Source: Candidatus Doudnabacteria bacterium (GTDB lineage: Bacteria; Patescibacteriota; Doudnabacteria; UBA920). Taken from it: a stretch of 64,000 nucleotides of DNA. A program made the position numbers and the translations under genes. Location of the stretch: positions 37,155-101,154 of the forward strand of contig JARLHZ010000010.1 of NCBI GenBank assembly GCA_031291995.1. The letters run 5' to 3'. Positions 59,386 through 64,000 of the stretch are shown here, one piece after another. Each line of letters opens with the position of its first letter. Positions within the stretch are counted from its first letter, which is position 1. The notes beneath the pieces are model-generated. The model was not told the DNA's origin. It saw only the letters and a program-made list of their open reading frames with translations, and did no database searches.

Positions 59386-59759
59386 TTAATCCTTGATTAG
59401 ATTTTCTTTTTTGATTCTTGACCATTTTTTGACTTGGATTTCTCTTTGCCTTGCTTGTATTAAACTAAGGAAAGTTTCTGCGTAGACAATTTCCCCGCCA
59501 CCGTGTTGTTTTGTCCATTGAGCGCCTTTGCCTGAGTTATGCCGAAATTCTCATTGAGGCGGAAAATTTGTGCATCCAGTGTACTAAGTTCCGTCGTTAC
59601 AACTAAAAAAATAAAGGTTCCCCGCCGCAAGCAATGGGGTATTACTGCAAAGACATCGCTACAATTGCGCGGCGAGCCGCGCGGTATTGAACCTGTATTA
59701 GCTCCTCGGCTCGCTCGGCCATAAATGGCCGGACTCGCTCTACGTCGCTAATAAAACAC
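59386..59759 (-). pseudogene. GIY-YIG nuclease pseudogene interrupted by a palindromic element
   Basis: VFY[element]FFSCNDGT*YTGCTN...*..RHNSGKGAQWTKQHGGGEIVY...REIQVKKWSR; paralog of 63425-63664. Confidence 0.8.
59610..59755. mobile_element. MITE-like palindromic element with AATAAA duplication
   Basis: Homologous to 30165-30366; removing it restores the GIY-YIG N-terminus. Confidence 0.75.
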
Positions 59760-59889
59760 ACAGTTGTTTGCCCCTCGACTCGGTTGCGCTCGCTCGGGAC
59801 ACTCGATTCGCTACAAAGCTGGTGGTCGGTCGAAGCCCTTTAGGGCGTAGACCACGAGCGAGCTTTGACGAAAGTCAAAGCGAGTCGAG

Positions 59890-59963
59890 TGGTGGACCTG
59901 GAGGGAATCGAACCCTCGACTAATCCATGCCATGGATCCGTATTACCATTATACTACAGGCCC
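59890..59963 (-). tRNA. tRNA-Ala(GGC)
   Basis: G3:U70 pair, loop AT-GGC-AT, encoded CCA. Confidence 0.93.
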
Positions 59964-60053
59964 CTGCTCCGCCAAGGCTTCGCAGGGCAAGCCCCGCGTA
60001 ACCTCGACATTTGGTTTGACACTAAGATATATTACTCGATTTCTCTAAAATTA

Positions 60054-60425
60054 TCAATAGCCCTTTGGCAGATTTACCTGGATTTGCTGGCCGTTGGGCA
60101 AAGTGACAATTGTCGGCGTGCCGCTCCCCTGCTGGGCATTCTGATTATCGGATGGTGTTTGGCCTGTGGGAATTAATTTTTTCGCAGAGTTTACTAAATC
60201 TGTAAAATTTCCGACTTGATCCTCAAAAGGTTTTAACAAACCGGTTTTCTGTAATATCCAACCAAGAATAACAACAATTATTGCCAACCCGGCCACATAC
60301 CCCAAAGCGCTAAACATGCCGTTAAAAAAAGATCTCCAAATCCCGGCACTGCCGGTTTTCTTTTTAATTTCCGCTAAATTTTCATTCAGCTTCTCCAGCT
60401 CTGTTTTCAAATCCGGGTCAATCAT
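60054..60425 (-). CDS. DUF5665-like membrane protein
   Basis: WRSFFNGMFSALG followed by a TM segment. Confidence 0.6.
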   Translation of the reverse strand: MIDPDLKTELEKLNENLAEIKKKTGSAGIWRSFFNGMFSALGYVAGLAIIVVILGWILQKTGLLKPFEDQVGNFTDLVNSAKKLIPTGQTPSDNQNAQQGSGTPTIVTLPNGQQIQVNLPKGY

Positions 60426-60491
60426 GACTTTATTATAGCAAATGCTTTTCTTTGGACACAGTGCTTGCACTGCGCAGCTTTAGCGAAGCAG

Positions 60492-60566
60492 TGGTGCCCT
60501 CGGCAGGAATCGAACCTACATCTCATCCTTAGGACGGATTTGCTCTATCCATTGAGCTACGAAGGC
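60492..60566 (-). tRNA. tRNA-Arg(CCT)
   Basis: GCCTTCG...CGAGGGC-A-CCA, loop GT-CCT-AA. Confidence 0.92.
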
Positions 60567-60676
60567 AAAATTGTACGTTTGCCTCAACGATTATAACACA
60601 AAAGTCGCGCTTGTGTTAGAATCATAAGTATGGTAACATAGCAAATTTTTGATAATTAAATAATATTTCTATAATT

Positions 60677-62026
60677 TTGTCAAATAGTACACAAAAAAAG
60701 TTCAATAAGATAAATATTGCACAGGCATTCTTTGTTTTATTCATTTTTAGCCTATTTTTTCCGATTAGATACGTTATTCCAACAAAAAGCGCCTATTTAA
60801 TAGGGGTCTATTCAGATTTTACATCAATATCCCTATATTTAAGCGATATTTTTTTAATTATCACGTGGTTTTTTTGCTTTCTACCACGTGATATAGGTTA
60901 TTTCTGGCTAAGGATAAAGGATAAAAGTTTAATAATATTCATAATATGGCTTATTTTAGGCCTTTTATGGCATCTGCGTGACAAAACTAGCCTAAACCTA
61001 TGGTATTCGCTTAAATATGCGGAATTAATTGTTGCATATGGAACATTTAGCCATTTATTCAGCAAAACATCAATAAAATCGAGTTTTTTGAAGCTATTTG
61101 CGTTTTTTTCCAGTTTTGAAGCCTTTTTGGCCATTTGGCAGTTTAAAACTCAAAAATCTCTAGGTTTTTACAAACTTGGCGAACAACACTTATCAAGGGC
61201 CATAACCGGCGTGGCAAAAATTGTTTCAGGTGGAACAACATATATTAGGGGATATGGGACGTTTCCGCATCCAAATATCCTATCTGCCTTTTTAACAATC
61301 GGACTGATGGTTTGCCTATATTTATTGTTAAATTCAAAAACCCTGACCTCAAAAATCGCTTTTAGCCTGGCTATTGCCATAAACACCTTAGGCTTGGCGG
61401 TAAGTTTTTCCCGAGCCGGCTATTTGGCATATGGAGCCGGTCTAATTGTATTTTTCGGTTATTTGTTCTACATGGAACGGATAAAAATGCCGTCTCTCAT
61501 AGCAAAACGAGTATGGATAGCAGCCGGGGTATGTCTTGTTTCTATATTGGCATCCTTAATTATGTTTCGGCCATTTTTACTGACCCGAGCGAATGTGACA
61601 GATGATTCCTCCCTGCAAAGAATTTTTTACGCGAAAATCAGTTTAAATATGATGGCTCAGCATTCAATATTTGGGCTTGGAGCAGGGGAGAGCCTGCTCC
61701 ACATGCAACAATATTCGCCAATTAAGCTTTGGACATACCAAATTCAGCCCGTTCATAATTATTTTTTGCTGTCCGGAGCGGAACTGGGAATTCCGGGAAT
61801 GTTAATTTTGATTTGGGTATTTCTTTCTCACCTGTCGGGACTACTAAAAAATAACCATACAACTTACAACATACTACTTACAACAATCCTTGTCGCGATA
61901 TTAGTCCTAATGCAGTTTGATCACTATTTCTACACCCTCCAGCAAACTCAGCTCTTACTCTGGACTGTCTTAGCACTCATCGCGGCGGAAATTAAAAACC
62001 CACTCATTTCAGAAGGGGTGAACTAA
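60677..62026 (+). CDS. O-antigen ligase / Wzy_C-family membrane protein
   Basis: RGYGTFPHPN, SFSRAG, FGLGAG, PVHNYFL...ELG; AT-rich. Confidence 0.85.
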   Translation: MSNSTQKKFNKINIAQAFFVLFIFSLFFPIRYVIPTKSAYLIGVYSDFTSISLYLSDIFLIITWFFCFLPRDIGYFWLRIKDKSLIIFIIWLILGLLWHLRDKTSLNLWYSLKYAELIVAYGTFSHLFSKTSIKSSFLKLFAFFSSFEAFLAIWQFKTQKSLGFYKLGEQHLSRAITGVAKIVSGGTTYIRGYGTFPHPNILSAFLTIGLMVCLYLLLNSKTLTSKIAFSLAIAINTLGLAVSFSRAGYLAYGAGLIVFFGYLFYMERIKMPSLIAKRVWIAAGVCLVSILASLIMFRPFLLTRANVTDDSSLQRIFYAKISLNMMAQHSIFGLGAGESLLHMQQYSPIKLWTYQIQPVHNYFLLSGAELGIPGMLILIWVFLSHLSGLLKNNHTTYNILLTTILVAILVLMQFDHYFYTLQQTQLLLWTVLALIAAEIKNPLISEGVN

Positions 62027-62076
62027 AAATCCGTAGACATCAGTAGATCCGCAGACAATCAGTAGATCCGTGTTAA

Positions 62077-62547
62077 CTACTTATGGTATTCTTTGCCGGC
62101 CAATATTGTACACGCCCGATAAATTTGTTCTTCCAAAACTACCCGGGCCATGTTATGCGGGAAGGTAAGAGGGGACAGGGACAATGAATAATTGCTGTAT
62201 TGGCGCAAAGATTCGTGCAGGCCAATGCCGCTGCCTATTACAAAGACCAACTCCTTGCCCAGGCCGCCAATGCGCTCCAAAAAGACAGAAAAATCTTTGG
62301 AATTCCTTAAACTGCCTTTTTCTTCAAGTAAAATCACTACCGCGTCTTCCGGCAACTGTTTTACAATTTTTTCCGCTTCCTGCTCCTTTATTTTATCCAA
62401 ATCCTGATTTTTCCCGTACCCGATTTCCGGCAACTCAATCACCTTAACTTTAGCAAAAGGGGACAGGCGCTTTAAAAACTCAGCCTCCAAATCCTTGTAA
62501 GCCTTTTCCTTAAATTTTCCGAGTGCAATTATTTTTATCTTAAACAT
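62077..62547 (-). CDS. rlmH: 23S rRNA m3Psi1915 methyltransferase
   Basis: FVIGSGIG, LSLSPLTFPH.MARVVLEEQIYRA..I...YHK. Confidence 0.95.
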   Translation of the reverse strand: MFKIKIIALGKFKEKAYKDLEAEFLKRLSPFAKVKVIELPEIGYGKNQDLDKIKEQEAEKIVKQLPEDAVVILLEEKGSLRNSKDFSVFLERIGGLGKELVFVIGSGIGLHESLRQYSNYSLSLSPLTFPHNMARVVLEEQIYRACTILAGKEYHK

Positions 62548-62607
62548 ATTACCATTGTAACAAATAATCGGGTACAATAACACCAAAGACCTATCAAAAA
62601 GTCAGCC

Positions 62608-63258
62608 GTGAAAAAACAAAATAAATATTCAAAAGCTTTAACACAAAATTCCGGGTTCACGTTAATTGAACTCCTGGTTGTTATTTCCATTATTGGTTTA
62701 TTGGCATCTGTTGTTTTGGTTACGGTGTCCAACGCCAGGGAGAGCGCCAAAAGAGCAACCGCGGTTGAAAACATAAAGCAACTACAGATTGCTCTGGAAA
62801 TTTATGCCACGGACATGGGATTTTATCCGCCTGATGTCAGCCGGGGATGGGATCCCGGCATTGCCCAAGCCCTGCCGTATGACACCACAGGCAGCGGTAA
62901 TGATTGCGCGACCAATTTGGCCAGCTGTATTTGCAACAATTACTTAACCTGTACCGGCAGTTCGCCCGATAATATCCCGGCGAACTGGATAAATATTGTT
63001 CAAACCAACTGGTGCGGTCCGTATACTATAAAATGGCCAATTTTCACGCCATGGGGAGGGGTTTACGATTATAATTACTGGCCCGTCACGACTGACCGCA
63101 ACGGCTGCATGGTTCCGCCCGGAATTTATTTGGGCATAGAATCCGGCAGCGGCTTTACTTTGGACCCGGGCACCGAACAAACTCTCTACAACGAAGGTCT
63201 GGACAACGACGGCTGCCCCAATAACGGTGAAGTCCAGATGTTACTTGTTAAGCTATAA
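62608..63258 (+). CDS. Type IV pilin / GspG-like prepilin
   Basis: GFTLIELLVVISIIGLLAS class III signal; ALEIY..D.GFYP; PWG..Y.Y. Confidence 0.9.
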   Translation: MKKQNKYSKALTQNSGFTLIELLVVISIIGLLASVVLVTVSNARESAKRATAVENIKQLQIALEIYATDMGFYPPDVSRGWDPGIAQALPYDTTGSGNDCATNLASCICNNYLTCTGSSPDNIPANWINIVQTNWCGPYTIKWPIFTPWGGVYDYNYWPVTTDRNGCMVPPGIYLGIESGSGFTLDPGTEQTLYNEGLDNDGCPNNGEVQMLLVKL

Positions 63259-63304
63259 ATAAAAACCCCGATTAAGGGGTTATCAAACGCTGTACAATAC
63301 CGAG

Positions 63305-63378
63305 TGGTGGACCTGGGGGGAATCGAACCCCCGCCTCGGCAATGCGAATGCCGCGTAATACCACTTTACTACAGGCCC
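63305..63378 (-). tRNA. tRNA-Ala(CGC)
   Basis: G3:U70 pair, loop TT-CGC-AT, encoded CCA. Confidence 0.93.
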
Positions 63379-63424
63379 GTAAAATCCCTATAATTTTAAC
63401 TATAATTACAACTTAAGTAAAGGC

Positions 63425-63664
63425 ATGTTTTATTTCTACATTTTAAAATGCAAAGACGGCACACTGTACTCGGGCAGCACGAATGATCTTAAAAAACGCG
63501 AGGCGGTGCACAACTCCGGCAAAGGGTCTAAATATGTTATTGCCCATGGCGGCGGAAAAATTGTTTATCATGAAAAATTCAGAAAGTGGGGGAAGGCGCT
63601 AAGTCGGGAGGCTCAAGTAAAAAAATTATCTCGCAGAAAAAAGCTGGAGCTCATTAAAAAATGA
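63425..63664 (+). CDS. Small GIY-YIG nuclease (UPF0213-like)
   Basis: YFYIL.C.DGTLYSGST.DL..R...HNSG.G...REAQVKK. Confidence 0.9.
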   Translation: MFYFYILKCKDGTLYSGSTNDLKKREAVHNSGKGSKYVIAHGGGKIVYHEKFRKWGKALSREAQVKKLSRRKKLELIKK

Positions 63665-63726
63665 ATGTGGATAAATGGTTTGACGTATGGTAAACGATTG
63701 TATACCATTAAACTATTACTAATTAA

Positions 63727-63897
63727 TATAGGACTTACGCGCTTGGCCGAATACGAGGCATTTTCCGCGGATTTTGCGAGGCGTAGTTCACCTACGGCGA
63801 GCAAAACCGCAAGGAAAATAACGAAGTAGTCGGACAAGCCCCTTGCGGGTTTCGTCTATTGTCTAAATATTTGTAGACGAAACGCGTAAGTCCTATA
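63727..63897. mobile_element. MITE-like element with perfect 15-bp terminal inverted repeats
   Basis: TATAGGACTTACGCG ... CGCGTAAGTCCTATA with internal hairpins. Confidence 0.75.
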
Positions 63898-63908
63898 ATA
63901 GTTTAAAT

Positions 63909-64000
63909 ATGGAAATTTATACGGATCTACAAGTCGAAAAATTTACCCGATCTTTGCAAAGGCAGGCGGGCACCAAAATAGTAAGGACAATTGAACTTTT
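63909..64000 (+). CDS. Probable RelE/HigB (Gp49-like) toxin, 3'-truncated by the window edge
   Basis: MEIYTDLQVEKFTRSLQRQAGTKIVRTIEL fits the VEKFI.SL....AKI...L.LL pattern. Confidence 0.5.
   Translation, partial: MEIYTDLQVEKFTRSLQRQAGTKIVRTIEL

Noticed and set aside
59551-59586. Stop-codon recoding (genetic code 25) to explain in-frame stops
   Set aside because: One stop is TAG, TGA terminates other genes here, and housekeeping ORFs are intact under code 11.
1-64000. CRISPR array or cas genes
   Set aside because: No regularly spaced identical repeats with unique spacers; the repeats are dispersed palindromes or degenerate heptamers.

Overview
Chromosomal window from a small-genome bacterium. 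Gene content and style (five VirB2/TrbC-like pilins, short SMC, short HrcA, solo MazF, comM) point to Patescibacteria/CPR; this is an inference. Most genes are on the minus strand: hrcA-grpE-dnaK-dnaJ with a CIRCE operator, rpsP-khpA-trmD-rluD-rplS, rnc-smc, ftsH, a pilin array, galU, comM, lspA, a Zn-free DksA/TraR, an exonuclease-DinG-like gene, recA, ftsK, hsp20, aspA/fumC, rnhB and ddl-alr-murF. The window also has seven tRNAs, two secreted S53 proteases, DipZ, VKOR and several toxin-antitoxin genes. The main unexplained signals are: (1) a ~420-nt multi-domain structured non-coding RNA candidate (38540-38956, minus) with its own sigma70 promoter and terminator, matching no RNA class I recognise; (2) many palindromic and heptamer repeats, some sitting in-frame inside essential genes or at tRNA 3' ends, and one ~150-200 bp element that interrupts a GIY-YIG gene with a 6-bp AATAAA duplication; (3) a 13-bp operator-like motif shared by the recA promoter and a secreted protease promoter; (4) an SMC with no recognisable hinge; (5) a zinc-peptidase gene split at an A9 tract. 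All calls come from reading the sequence by eye; no database searches or folding programs were run.
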